From Rhodospirillaceae bacterium (lineage in GTDB: Bacteria; Pseudomonadota; Alphaproteobacteria; Rhodospirillales; UBA2165), in NCBI GenBank assembly GCA_018674495.1, contig JABHAA010000152.1, positions 198 through 64,197 of the forward strand: 64,000 nt of DNA, written 5' to 3'. This document shows positions 20,036-29,854 of this stretch, one piece after another. The stretch's first letter is position 1, and the number at the start of each line of letters is the position of its first letter. The notes under the pieces are model-generated. The model saw nothing but the letters and a program-made list of their open reading frames with translations. It was not told where the DNA came from and ran no database searches. The position numbers were made by a program, and so were the translations under genes.

Positions 20036-21187
20036 TTGCAACTCATCTGCGCCATATCGCTGACCACCATCGTCGGCCAATCGGTCATATCGCCGGCGCT
20101 ACCGACTATTCGCCATGCCCTCGGCGTGGCGCCAGAACAGATCGGGCTGGTGATCACCGCCTTTACCCTACCGGGCATCTTTTTCGTACCCATCACCGGC
20201 GTGCTTGCCGACCGCTATGGCCGGCGCACCATCATCATTCCCTTATTGTTTCTCTACGGCATCACCGGCGCGGCCTCTGGCCTAGCGCCCGATTTCGAAA
20301 CCTTGCTGGCTTTGCGCTTTCTAACCGGCATCGCGGCGGGCTCGCTCGGCTCGCTCTCCATCGTCCTGGTTGCCGATTTTTTCTCCGATAAGCAGCGGGC
20401 GCGGGTGTTCGGTATGCGCATGGCCATCGGCCAGGTGGGCAACGCCACCATGCCGCTGGTGGCCGGCGGGCTTGCCGTCATCGGCTGGCAATATCCGTTC
20501 GCGCTCTATGCGTTGGCCATTCCGGTGGGCCTGTTTGCGTTGAAGATCATGGAAAAGGACCGGCCCGAGGAAAGCGCCGGCCTCACCGCCTATCTTTCCA
20601 AAACTTTGGGCGCGGTCTCGTCGAAGCGGATATTGACGCTGCTCACCATTCCGTTGTCGCTGACCATCGTCAATCACGGCATCAACCTCACCTTCATTCC
20701 GATCCTGATGGAGCTGTCGTTCGATGCCTCCGCATTCATGATCGGCATCATCGTTTCGGCGCGGGTCACGGTGGGCGCCATCTTCGCCTTCAATCTTGGC
20801 CGGCTAGTGGCCCGCTTCGGCGAGGTTAATCTGCTCTATGTATCGTTTTCGGTGCTTGGCATAGCCTTTCTGATCACGCCTCTGATGCCCAGCGTCTGGT
20901 GGCTGTTGGCGCCGGCGATCCTGTCGGGAATTACCACTGGTATGGCCTTTCCGGCATTCCAGTCGATCCTGGTACGGCAAGCCCCGGAAGGCTCCCTGGC
21001 TGGCGTCATGGCCGCCAACAGCGTCGCCGCGCGCCTTGGCCAGACCATCGGGCCGTTGCTGGCCGGGCTCGGATTTACAGTGATCGGGCTGGACCTGGTG
21101 TTCGTGGCGGCGGCGGTCATTGTTTTCGCGGCGCTGATATTCTTGGCCTTTGCCTTGCGCCGCTACCGCACGGCACCGGCACCATGA
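20036..21187 (+). CDS. MFS transporter
   Basis: 12-TM pattern with the loop 2-3 motif GVLADRYGRR. TTG is the first in-frame start after the upstream stop. Confidence 0.8.
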   Translation: MQLICAISLTTIVGQSVISPALPTIRHALGVAPEQIGLVITAFTLPGIFFVPITGVLADRYGRRTIIIPLLFLYGITGAASGLAPDFETLLALRFLTGIAAGSLGSLSIVLVADFFSDKQRARVFGMRMAIGQVGNATMPLVAGGLAVIGWQYPFALYALAIPVGLFALKIMEKDRPEESAGLTAYLSKTLGAVSSKRILTLLTIPLSLTIVNHGINLTFIPILMELSFDASAFMIGIIVSARVTVGAIFAFNLGRLVARFGEVNLLYVSFSVLGIAFLITPLMPSVWWLLAPAILSGITTGMAFPAFQSILVRQAPEGSLAGVMAANSVAARLGQTIGPLLAGLGFTVIGLDLVFVAAAVIVFAALIFLAFALRRYRTAPAP

Positions 21188-22101
21188 CGCTCGATCAAAC
21201 CACAATTTCCGGCAAAATGTCGGCCAACATGCGCGGCATCCTTTTGATGATCGCGGCGACCATGCTGCTGACCACCATGTCCAGCCTGGTGCGCGTCGTT
21301 GCCGAGGATATGCATCCCTTCCAGGTTGCCTTCATGCGCAATTTCTTCGGCCTGGTCTTGCTGATGCCGATCCTTGCCCGCCAGGGGTTGGCGCCGTTGC
21401 GCACCAATAATATGGGGCTGATGGCAGTGCGCGGGTTCTTCAATGCGATTGCCATGCTGGCCTATTTCCTGGCCCTCGGCATGATGCCGTTGGCGGAATT
21501 GTCGGCACTGAGCTTCACGGTGCCCCTGTTCGTGGCCGTCCTGGTGGTGCCGTTCCTTGGCGAACGGCTGGGACCGCGGCGCATTGCCAGCCTGATCATC
21601 GGCTTTTCCGGCGCCCTAATTATCCTGCGTCCGGGTATCGAGATCGTCGATATCGGCGCCCTTTATGCCATTGTTTCTTCGCTGAGTTGGGCTATCGCAG
21701 TGATCGTCATCAAACAGCTGTCGCGCACCAATTCGACGGTCACCATCACCATCTACGGCATGCTGTTTCTGGCGCTGTTTACCATGGTGCCGGCTTTGTT
21801 TGTCTGGCGCTGGCCTGACCCCCAGGAATATCTCTGGCTGGTCGGGATCGCCGGGCTTGGCACAGTCGGGCAATTGGCGTTTGCGCAGGCCCTCAAAAAC
21901 GCCGACGCCAGCCTGATCATGCCGTTCGATTTCACCAAGCTCATCTGGGCGAGCCTGTTCGGCATCCTGATTTTTTCCGAAGTGCCGACGATCTGGACAT
22001 TCGCCGGCGGCGGGCTGATTTTCGCCAGCGCCAGCTATGTCACCTACCGGGAAGGCTTGGCCAAAAAACAGAAACCCGCGCCGTCCGAACCGGGTCTTTA
22101 A
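21184..22101 (+). CDS. DMT-superfamily (EamA/RhaT-like) permease
   Basis: The ATG at 21184 overlaps the MFS stop (ATGA). 305 aa with 10 hydrophobic segments in two EamA-like halves. Confidence 0.83.
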   Translation: MTLDQTTISGKMSANMRGILLMIAATMLLTTMSSLVRVVAEDMHPFQVAFMRNFFGLVLLMPILARQGLAPLRTNNMGLMAVRGFFNAIAMLAYFLALGMMPLAELSALSFTVPLFVAVLVVPFLGERLGPRRIASLIIGFSGALIILRPGIEIVDIGALYAIVSSLSWAIAVIVIKQLSRTNSTVTITIYGMLFLALFTMVPALFVWRWPDPQEYLWLVGIAGLGTVGQLAFAQALKNADASLIMPFDFTKLIWASLFGILIFSEVPTIWTFAGGGLIFASASYVTYREGLAKKQKPAPSEPGL

Positions 22102-22104
22102 AAT

Positions 22105-23712
22105 TTAAGCGGTGGCCGCCGGCAGCGGATGCAGATCGATCAGCGCCATCTGCCGGCGCGCCAATGTTTCCAGCATCTCGGAGCGGGTTTCTTTGTGCGC
22201 CGGATCATCCCAAAGATTGATGATCTCGTCGGGATCATCGATCAAATCGTAAAGCTCGCCCCAATCGTTGCCGTGATAAAGGGTCAGCCGGTATTGTTCC
22301 GTCACCAGCGTATGGCAGCGCGCCGGCGGCGGCTGATCGAAATAGCCGCGCTGGTCTTCCTGTTCAATCAGCACCGCGCCCGGCCCCTGATCCGGGGCGC
22401 CGCCAACCTCCGGCATTAGCGAGCGCCCTTGAATACCGTAATAGGGCTCATAGCCGGCGCGGTCCAAAATGGTCTGGGCGATATCCAGGGTGCCCGACAT
22501 GGCGTCCGAGGCGCCGCCGTTTGTCGTACCATCCACGTCCGCCCAGATGAACGGCACCCGGATCAGCCCGTGATAATGGATCGGCCCTTTCAGCATAAGC
22601 TGATGATCGCCCAAAAGATCGCCGTGATCGCTGGTGAAGACGACAATAGTGTCGTTGGCGAGGCCCAATTCTTTAAGTTTATTCATGACCATGCCGACGC
22701 TGTCATCGACCATGGTGATCATGCCGCAGGTGAGCGCCATGGCTTCGCGCACATGTGCTTCTTCGGCGGCGAACAGGTTCTGGCCTTGGGTGACCTGGCT
22801 GCCGTCTTCGCGCTTGTCCCAGGCCCATTGCACCGAATTGGGCGGCGCCACGTTGGTACGCCAGGAATCCGGCAGCTCCATATCATCGGGATCATACATG
22901 TCCCAATATTTGCCTGGCGGCGTGAACGGATGGTGGGGATCGGGATAGGACATCATCATGAAGAACGGATTTTCGGCGCCGCTGTCTTTATATTTTTGCA
23001 AATAATCTAAGCTGTTCTCGGTGATATAGCTAGTCGGGTAGGATTCTTCCGGGACCGCCGTCCGCCAGGTTTGCGGGCCGGTATAATTGTGCGGCAAGGC
23101 GTTGTCGGGGCCGCGCAAATTTTCCGAGCCCGGATGGCGTTCTTCCAGCCAAAGGGTGTAGTGACCGCCAACCTTATCGCCATGGCCGGTGCACAAATTC
23201 ACATGGTCGAACCCATAGAACGGCATATCCATTTTGTAATCGGAGCCGACCTTATAATTCTCGTCGGTTTCTTGGGTGTAGAAATCCCTGATATGGTCGG
23301 GGCCGACGGCGTCGCGCAAGTGTTCCGGCGCCGGGGTTAGCCCGTCGGGCGTTTCGGGACGCTCAAAATAGGGATTGAGGCTGCCCATGTTCTGCAGATG
23401 GCTCTTGCCGACGAGGGCGGTCTCGTACCCTTGAGCGTGCAGGATATCCAAAAACGTCACGCTACGCCGATCGAGAGAGATGCCGTTATGGCGCACCCCA
23501 TGCACCGACGGCATGCGGCCAGTCACCAGGGTCGAGCGGTTCGGCTGGCAGACGGCGCTGGCCACATAGAACCGCTCGAAGCGGGTGCCGCGCGCCGCGA
23601 TGGCATCGATGTTCGGCGTCTTGACGATAGGATGGCCATAACAGCCGAGGTAATCAGCCCGGTGCTGATCGGTGATGATAAACAGGAAATTGGGTTGCTT
23701 GGCGCTGGCCAT
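22105..23712 (-). CDS. Sulfatase (formylglycine-dependent arylsulfatase family)
   Basis: N-terminus PNFLFIITDQHRAD, the CxPxR maturation motif (CQPNRSTLVTGR), and TSDHGD. Confidence 0.9.
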   Translation of the reverse strand: MASAKQPNFLFIITDQHRADYLGCYGHPIVKTPNIDAIAARGTRFERFYVASAVCQPNRSTLVTGRMPSVHGVRHNGISLDRRSVTFLDILHAQGYETALVGKSHLQNMGSLNPYFERPETPDGLTPAPEHLRDAVGPDHIRDFYTQETDENYKVGSDYKMDMPFYGFDHVNLCTGHGDKVGGHYTLWLEERHPGSENLRGPDNALPHNYTGPQTWRTAVPEESYPTSYITENSLDYLQKYKDSGAENPFFMMMSYPDPHHPFTPPGKYWDMYDPDDMELPDSWRTNVAPPNSVQWAWDKREDGSQVTQGQNLFAAEEAHVREAMALTCGMITMVDDSVGMVMNKLKELGLANDTIVVFTSDHGDLLGDHQLMLKGPIHYHGLIRVPFIWADVDGTTNGGASDAMSGTLDIAQTILDRAGYEPYYGIQGRSLMPEVGGAPDQGPGAVLIEQEDQRGYFDQPPPARCHTLVTEQYRLTLYHGNDWGELYDLIDDPDEIINLWDDPAHKETRSEMLETLARRQMALIDLHPLPAATA

Positions 23713-23790
23713 GATCTTGCGGTTCCCCGGCAGTTGTTATCTGGAATTCATAATGCAATTTCGATGCGCCATTGCAACCGCACAGCAACG

Positions 23791-24690
23791 TTATTCGACC
23801 GGGTTTTCCAAGGTGCCGATGGGATCGATGGTGATCGAAACCACGTCGCCGGGCTTAAGGAACACCGGCGGCTCGAAGCCGATGCCGACGCCCACCGGCG
23901 TGCCGGTGGCGATGATGTCGCCGGGGATCAATGTGATACCTTCGGAGATCGAAGCGATCAGCGTCGGCACATCGAATATCAGCGCCGCCACCTTGGCATC
24001 TTGGCGCGGCTCGTCATTGACCCGTGTGGTCAGATGGAACTCGCGCACATCGCCGGCCTCGTCGGCGGTCAGAATTACCGGCCCCATGGGACAGAAACTG
24101 TCGAGGCCCTTGCCGATGAACCATTGCTTGTGCCGGTGCTGGAGCGTGCGCGCCGTCACGTCGTTGATCACCGTATAACCATAAACGTGATCCAAGGCGT
24201 CTTCTTTTGATATGCCGCGCCCGCCGGGGCCAATGATGACCCCTAGCTCGCCCTCGTAATCCACCGAATTTGTGGGATCAAGGCTGGTCAGGATGGGATC
24301 GCCCGGCCCCACTACCGAGGTGTTGGGTTTGGTGAAAACGATCGGGAATTCCGGCACCGCAGTGGCGCCGGCGGTGGCATCGAACCCGCTATCGTGAAAT
24401 TCCTGGGCGTGTTCGTGGTAGTTGCGGCCCACCGCCAGCACGTTGCGCAGGGGGTTGGGGATCGGCGCCAAAAGACGCACGTCCGCTGCATCGATCCTGG
24501 CATCATCGCCAGCGTTATCGATAGCAGCCTGGGCCAGCCTGAGGCCTTCGCTCCCAAGCGCAATAAGGCCGTTCAGATCGCCCGGCAAGTTGGCATCGGC
24601 ACCTGAGAAATCGACAATCTGCCCGGCACCTGTATCGAGGGCGCCGATGCGGGGCGCCGAGGCCCCTTGTTGAAACGTAACGAGACGCAT
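23791..24690 (-). CDS. Fumarylacetoacetate hydrolase (FAH)-family protein
   Basis: VGRNYHEHAQEF, FTKPNTSVVGP, YEGELGVIIG and KGLDSFCPMGP are FAH-family signatures. Confidence 0.9.
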   Translation of the reverse strand: MRLVTFQQGASAPRIGALDTGAGQIVDFSGADANLPGDLNGLIALGSEGLRLAQAAIDNAGDDARIDAADVRLLAPIPNPLRNVLAVGRNYHEHAQEFHDSGFDATAGATAVPEFPIVFTKPNTSVVGPGDPILTSLDPTNSVDYEGELGVIIGPGGRGISKEDALDHVYGYTVINDVTARTLQHRHKQWFIGKGLDSFCPMGPVILTADEAGDVREFHLTTRVNDEPRQDAKVAALIFDVPTLIASISEGITLIPGDIIATGTPVGVGIGFEPPVFLKPGDVVSITIDPIGTLENPVE

Positions 24691-24723
24691 GGATAATCGC
24701 TCCTGATAAATTTTGGCTGTGGG

Positions 24724-25602
24724 TTAGGGCTTGAGGCCCATCTGTGCAAGCACCGCTTGCGCGAGGGTTGAGCCGGCGCGTCCATATTCTTCGCGCATCT
24801 GAAAATGGTTGTTGCCGGGGAAGACCAGCGGCTCCGAGGCGCGCCCCGTCGCCCCTTCCCAGGCCGCCGCCAGAACCCGGCTTTGGCGCTGAAATTCGTC
24901 CAGCTCGCCGCCGCCGTAAGCAAAGATGGCGGGCGGCGCATCGCTTCGAAGATGACGGCCGGGGCTCAAGCGTTGCTCATCCTCAGCGCTCAGATCAAGG
25001 TATTCGTTGCGCGCCGACAAGCGCACCGGCGCCAGATCATAAGGCCCGGAAACCAAAGTGGCACCCTTGATCACATCCGCCGGCAGACCAAAATCGGATT
25101 GCCAATCAGTGACCGCCGTCATCGCCGTCAGGTGCGAGCCGGACGAATGGCCACACACATGGATGCGCGCCGCATCACCGCCGAGGCTGGCGGCATTGGC
25201 ATAGCAATGGGCAACCGCTTCGCGACACTGGCGCACCATGTCGCCAAGGCTGACATTGGGCACCACAGAGAAATTAGGCGCTACGAACACGGCACCGGCG
25301 CGCACGAATTCGGGCGCCACCTGGCCGTCGCGGCCTTCTTCGGCTACCAGCCAGGCGCCGCCGTGGAAATAGATCAAGATGGGCGCGTCTACAGGCGTGG
25401 CAGCCTTCGCCCGGTACACCGCCATCCATTGATCGTCTTCGGGGCCGTAAGAAACCTTGGGCTCGCAGTCGAATTCGGCGCGCGCAGCCGCCGTGTCCAC
25501 TTGCGCCTGTTTACTATAGGGCCCGATATCGGGAACCAGCGTCCGCTGATTATATTGGGCGTTCAATTGTTCCTGATCATAGTCGCCGAATATTTTGGTC
25601 AC
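24724..25602 (-). CDS. Alpha/beta hydrolase (esterase / arylformamidase-like)
   Basis: HGGAW oxyanion box and the nucleophile elbow GHSSGSHL. Confidence 0.8.
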   Translation of the reverse strand: MTKIFGDYDQEQLNAQYNQRTLVPDIGPYSKQAQVDTAAARAEFDCEPKVSYGPEDDQWMAVYRAKAATPVDAPILIYFHGGAWLVAEEGRDGQVAPEFVRAGAVFVAPNFSVVPNVSLGDMVRQCREAVAHCYANAASLGGDAARIHVCGHSSGSHLTAMTAVTDWQSDFGLPADVIKGATLVSGPYDLAPVRLSARNEYLDLSAEDEQRLSPGRHLRSDAPPAIFAYGGGELDEFQRQSRVLAAAWEGATGRASEPLVFPGNNHFQMREEYGRAGSTLAQAVLAQMGLKP

Positions 25603-25654
25603 GCGCGCCTCTCCGGTGCCGCTTCAAATAGCGTTGACAGCATCAACCCGGCGG

Positions 25655-25838
25655 TTTAACCATTTGCGTGATGGTTCCCGCAAGGGATTAATAGGGAATG
25701 CGGTGCGCGGAGTTTCCGCAAAGCCGTTACTGCCCCCGCAACTGTGAGCAAATCGGCGCCCTTGTCGAAATGCGAGTCAGAGACCTTCCATCGGCGTTTA
25801 GAAATGCTATCCAGGCATTTACAGCAACACGGAGGGTG
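25655..25838 (+). promoter_or_regulatory. Cobalamin (B12) riboswitch
   Basis: GGTTCCCGCAAGGGATTAATAGGGAA, GCCGTTACTGCCCCCGCAACTGTGA and the B12-box-like GAGTCAGAGACCTTCC appear in canonical order. They lie immediately 5' of cbtB, with the SD GGAGGG at about 25831. Confidence 0.85.
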
Positions 25839-25841
25839 ATC

Positions 25842-26042
25842 ATGAGCGAGCACACGAATACCGAGGCCAAAACAATTTCCAGCCAGGCGCCAGCAGTATC
25901 CCTGTCACAGCGCGCCGGCATCGCCGCCATCGGCGGTATCTTGGGCGTCTTCCTATTGATTGGCGTTGGTTTCGCAAATCCCAACATCATCCACGACGCC
26001 GCCCACGACGCGCGCCACGCTAACGCGTTTCCCTGCCACTAA
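25842..26042 (+). CDS. cbtB: Cobalt transporter subunit CbtB
   Basis: 66 aa with a single TM and the C-terminal signature IHDAAHDARHANAFPCH. Confidence 0.85.
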   Translation: MSEHTNTEAKTISSQAPAVSLSQRAGIAAIGGILGVFLLIGVGFANPNIIHDAAHDARHANAFPCH

Positions 26043-26051
26043 AGCAGCCTC

Positions 26052-26900
26052 ATGCTATATCGGTTGTTGGCAACCGGCCTGATTTCGGGTGCGGTTGCGG
26101 GCGTCGTTATGACTGTGGTGCAGATGTTTCTGGTCGCGCCGCTGATCTTTGAGGCTGAGCAATACGAAATTTCCGCCGCCGCACAGGTGGCCGCTGCCGC
26201 TACGCCGGCCGGCCCCTCGGTCTCCCATACCCACGATAGCGGTTTGAGCCACGCCCATTCCGGCGGCGGCGCAGCCCACGGGCATGGCGAGGAAGCCGTC
26301 GGCGCTTCGGGCGCGGTGCATGTCCACCAGGACGCCAGCGCCCACACCCACGATGCGTGGCAGCCTGAAGACGGCTTCGAGCGTACCGGCTTTACACTGC
26401 TGGCCAATATTCTGGCGGGCGTCGCGTTCGGCTTATTGCTGGCGACGGCGCTTACGCTTTATGGCCGCGCTATCACCCTGACCCAGGGTTTGATCTGGGG
26501 GGCGGCGGGCTTCTTGAGCTTCGCGCTGTTGCCGGCCCTCGGCCTGCCGCCGGAGCTTCCCGGCGCTGCGACCGGCGCGTTGCAGGACCGGCAAATCTGG
26601 TGGCTGGCCACGGCTATTGTTTCGGCGGGCGGCCTGGCGGCCTTGACCATGGGCACCGGTGCTACGACGCGCATCGCCGGCATCGTGGTATTGGCGGCGC
26701 CGCACATCATCGGCGCGCCGCATGCGGCGCAAGGCGAAGTTGGCCTGGCGCCGCCGGAACTGGCGGCCCAGTTCGTGGTCAATTCGCTGTTCACGTCGCT
26801 GGTTATGTGGCTGGTGATCGGCGCCGGGATGGCCTATGTGACGGCCCGCATGGACGCCAAACAAAACAACCGCATCGACGCCGGAAACGCCCTTCCGTAA
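26052..26900 (+). CDS. cbtA: Cobalt transporter subunit CbtA
   Basis: 282 aa, multi-TM, with a His-rich loop (SHTHDSGLSHAHSGGGAAHGHGEE...HVHQDASAHTHD). Follows cbtB. Confidence 0.85.
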   Translation: MLYRLLATGLISGAVAGVVMTVVQMFLVAPLIFEAEQYEISAAAQVAAAATPAGPSVSHTHDSGLSHAHSGGGAAHGHGEEAVGASGAVHVHQDASAHTHDAWQPEDGFERTGFTLLANILAGVAFGLLLATALTLYGRAITLTQGLIWGAAGFLSFALLPALGLPPELPGAATGALQDRQIWWLATAIVSAGGLAALTMGTGATTRIAGIVVLAAPHIIGAPHAAQGEVGLAPPELAAQFVVNSLFTSLVMWLVIGAGMAYVTARMDAKQNNRIDAGNALP

Positions 26901-26912
26901 GCGCTAACGCGG

Positions 26913-27929
26913 TTAGTCCTTGTCCGTGACGCCGGCCTCGCCAAAGGTGGCCATGCCGGCATGGCACGCAGCTGCGCATTTCAAAAGATTAACCGCAACG
27001 ACGGCGCCGGACGCTTCGCCAAGACGCATGCCCAAATTCAAAAGCGGCGCCATGCCCATCTTGTCCAACAGACGGATATGGCCGGGCTCGGCCGAGACAT
27101 GCCCGGCGATGCAGTGATCGAGAGCGCCGGGCGCCGCCGCTGCCAAGGCCGCCGCCGCCGCACCGCAGACATAGCCATCCAGAACCACAGGCTGACGATT
27201 AAGCCGCGCCTGGGTGATGGCGCCGGCGATCGCTGCCAGCTCGCGCCCGCCGACTGAGGCCAGAACATCAAGCCCGTCGCCGAACGCAGGCTTATGGCGC
27301 TGAACCGCATCGGCCACAACGCGCACTTTCAAGGCCAAGGCATCACCTTCGACGCCGGTTCCGGGCCCCACCCAATCGCCAGCTTCGCCGCCATGGATGG
27401 CATGGGCAATGGCGGCGGCCGGAGTAGTGTTGCCGATCCCCATCTCGCCGAGGCAAATAACATCATAATCGGCACCAACCGCTTCCATGCCGCGCCGGAA
27501 CGCCGCCGTGCACTCGGCGTCATCCATGGCCGGCTCTTGGCTGAAATCCTGGGTTGGATTATCCAGATCCAGCGCCACCACTTCCAGATCGGCGCCGGCC
27601 ACACCGCACAACTGATTTATCGCAGCGCCGCCGGCCTCGAAATTGGCGACCATCTGAAAGGTCACCTCGGGCGGGAAGGCCGACACGCCTTGCGCAGTTA
27701 CCCCGTGATTGCCGGCGAAAACCGCCACTTTGATACGCTCCACCCGGGCCGGATGGCGGCCCTGCCAGGTGGCCAGCCATTCGGCGATATCTTCCAGCCG
27801 GCCGAGGGAGCCGCCGGGTTTGGTCAATTGCGGCTCCCGCGCCCGGGCATTTTCCGCCGCCTGAACATCGCCAGCCGGCAGGGTTTGCAATAGCGCGCGC
27901 ACATCACCGAGGTTTTGAATATCTGTCAT
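26913..27929 (-). CDS. cobT: Nicotinate-nucleotide--dimethylbenzimidazole phosphoribosyltransferase
   Basis: 338 aa with LTKPGGSLGRLEDIA, GEMGIGNTT and GGRELAAIAG motifs. Confidence 0.92.
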   Translation of the reverse strand: MTDIQNLGDVRALLQTLPAGDVQAAENARAREPQLTKPGGSLGRLEDIAEWLATWQGRHPARVERIKVAVFAGNHGVTAQGVSAFPPEVTFQMVANFEAGGAAINQLCGVAGADLEVVALDLDNPTQDFSQEPAMDDAECTAAFRRGMEAVGADYDVICLGEMGIGNTTPAAAIAHAIHGGEAGDWVGPGTGVEGDALALKVRVVADAVQRHKPAFGDGLDVLASVGGRELAAIAGAITQARLNRQPVVLDGYVCGAAAAALAAAAPGALDHCIAGHVSAEPGHIRLLDKMGMAPLLNLGMRLGEASGAVVAVNLLKCAAACHAGMATFGEAGVTDKD

Positions 27930-28020
27930 AAATTACTGGTCTCCATCATTTTTTATGGAAGTTGATTTGGCATGTGTATTATAGGTAGAGGACATATCTG
28001 GAAAGGGGAAAACCTCCGCC

Positions 28021-28836
28021 GTGGCTTTGATCGAAAACCAAGATGACAATGGCATCTACCGGGATTGGACTGACGATCTCAGGATCAGCCTTTTGTTCCT
28101 GACCCGTATTCCCTGGACCGGGCGCTCTGAGATAAGCGGCGAGCCGGAATTGCTGCCTTTGGCGCCAGCCACCCGCTTCTTCCCGGTCATCGGTATGATC
28201 ACCGGCGCCATCGGCGCACTGGTTTTGATGGCCGCCGATTGGGCACAGTTGCCGGCCCTGGCGGCGGCTTTATTGGCCTTGGCGGCCATCGCCATCGCCA
28301 CCGGCGGGCTGCACGAGGACGGGCTGGCCGATACCGCCGACGGCATCGGCGGCGGCGCGGGGCGCTTAGCGCGGCTAAAGATTATGTCGGACAGCCGCAT
28401 CGGCGCCTATGGGGTATTGGCGCTGATCTTTTCGGTATTGGCGAAAGCCGCTGGGCTGGCCGCCTTGGGCGCCGCCGACGGCGCCCTCGCCTTGTTCGCC
28501 GCCGCCGCAGTATCGCGCGGCATCCTGCCGGTCTTCATGCGTCACATGCCGCACGCCAAGGAAAGCGGCCTCGCGGCCGCCGCCGGCAAGCCCGCGTTTA
28601 ATCCGGTGGCCGTCTCCGTCTTGATCGCCGCCGCCATCCTGTTGCTCAGCTTTGGCTTTTGGATCAGCGTCGGCGTTGTCCTGGCCATTGCCATCGTTAC
28701 CGGTGCCATGGCCTGGTGGGCTATGCAGAAGCTGGGCGGTCAGACCGGCGACGTGCTCGGCGCCATCCAGCAGATATCCGAATTGGTGATCATCCTGTTC
28801 ATCGCCGCGGCCGGACAGAGCCATCTGGCTGACTGA
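28021..28836 (+). CDS. cobS: Adenosylcobinamide-GDP ribazoletransferase (cobalamin synthase)
   Basis: GTG start, 271 aa membrane protein, with GGLHEDGLADTADG and GGQTGDVLGA motifs. Confidence 0.9.
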   Translation: MALIENQDDNGIYRDWTDDLRISLLFLTRIPWTGRSEISGEPELLPLAPATRFFPVIGMITGAIGALVLMAADWAQLPALAAALLALAAIAIATGGLHEDGLADTADGIGGGAGRLARLKIMSDSRIGAYGVLALIFSVLAKAAGLAALGAADGALALFAAAAVSRGILPVFMRHMPHAKESGLAAAAGKPAFNPVAVSVLIAAAILLLSFGFWISVGVVLAIAIVTGAMAWWAMQKLGGQTGDVLGAIQQISELVIILFIAAAGQSHLAD

Positions 28837-28922
28837 CCGGCGGTCATGTGAATTTGCTAAGCGGGCTAATATTCGGTCGCTCTTGGTCAAGGAACATGCC
28901 GGCCTGTAGTTTGCTCAACGTG

Positions 28923-29570
28923 CTAGTCTGGACGTACCGCGATACAGATGATGATAGGCCCGAACCTGGCGGGATTGTTCTTCATCAAAAGACTGCCCAA
29001 CTTTGCCCCCAAATGGCGCAGACCACGTCCCCAAGGCGTCCCAAAACCTTGCATGCTGGCCCTCGATAATCCGGCGCGCTCGAATATTTTGGTCAGCTGC
29101 CATTGTGATATTGGCGTGATATGCCCGCCGGGGCCATAATCGGAATCCTTAAAATATTTGAAGGTCCCAGATTTTATGAATGAGAGAAGCGAGCGCGGCG
29201 TATCGATGTTCGGTGTTGAGATGATGACCGTCCCTCCGGGCCGGACCAATTGCACAATCTGGCGCAGATATTGCCATGGATTTTCGAGATGCTCTATCAC
29301 TTCCATGGAAATTACGGCATCAAATTGCATTGCGATCTGGGGCGCAAATGTTGTGTTTAAATCGGCCTCGATAAACGGAACGCCGCTTGATACCGAAAAA
29401 TATTCGTCGGTAATATCACAGCAGGTAACATGGAACCCGGCATCCATAAGCCGCAAGGCAAAAGCGCCGGAGCCGCTGCCCAGTTCGAGAATTTGCGCAC
29501 CGGATGTGATCGAGCCCCGCGCCAAATCCAGCATGTATTCGTGAAGTCCTTTTTGAGCGAACACCGGCAA
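28923..29570 (-). CDS. Class I SAM-dependent methyltransferase, probably 5'-frameshifted
   Basis: ILELGSGSGAFALRL (motif I) and VRPGGTVIIS. The region is visibly AT-rich. The first in-frame start is TTG at 29570, but protein-like sequence continues upstream in-frame. An SD-preceded ATG at 29712 sits one frame off. Confidence 0.6.
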   Translation of the reverse strand: MPVFAQKGLHEYMLDLARGSITSGAQILELGSGSGAFALRLMDAGFHVTCCDITDEYFSVSSGVPFIEADLNTTFAPQIAMQFDAVISMEVIEHLENPWQYLRQIVQLVRPGGTVIISTPNIDTPRSLLSFIKSGTFKYFKDSDYGPGGHITPISQWQLTKIFERAGLSRASMQGFGTPWGRGLRHLGAKLGSLLMKNNPARFGPIIICIAVRPD

Positions 29571-29854
29571 TCCCTTGTAATTCTCCGCCGCTTCGCTGTT
29601 ATCGGGATAATCTGCGATTGGGTTGGCTCCCTGGATTGGTCCTGCCGGAACAAATATTCTAAAATCTGAGGCGTTGGGCCAAATCCAGTTTCTCAGTGGT
29701 GATGGCGGTCATGTCCACCTTAGGTGCCGAATGCCGACGGTCGGGGAGGACATTTGGATTCGCTGATGCCTTCAAGCTATCATTATTTTGCGCCTATTTC
29801 GAGGACGAAACTGACGCGCCGGTTGCGTGCCGGCTTACAGCCAAGCGCGCCAGG

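Noticed and set aside
27930-28020. Possible second cobalamin riboswitch in the cobT / cobS divergent spacer
   Set aside because: At 91 nt it is too short for the element, and none of the conserved B12-riboswitch boxes are present.
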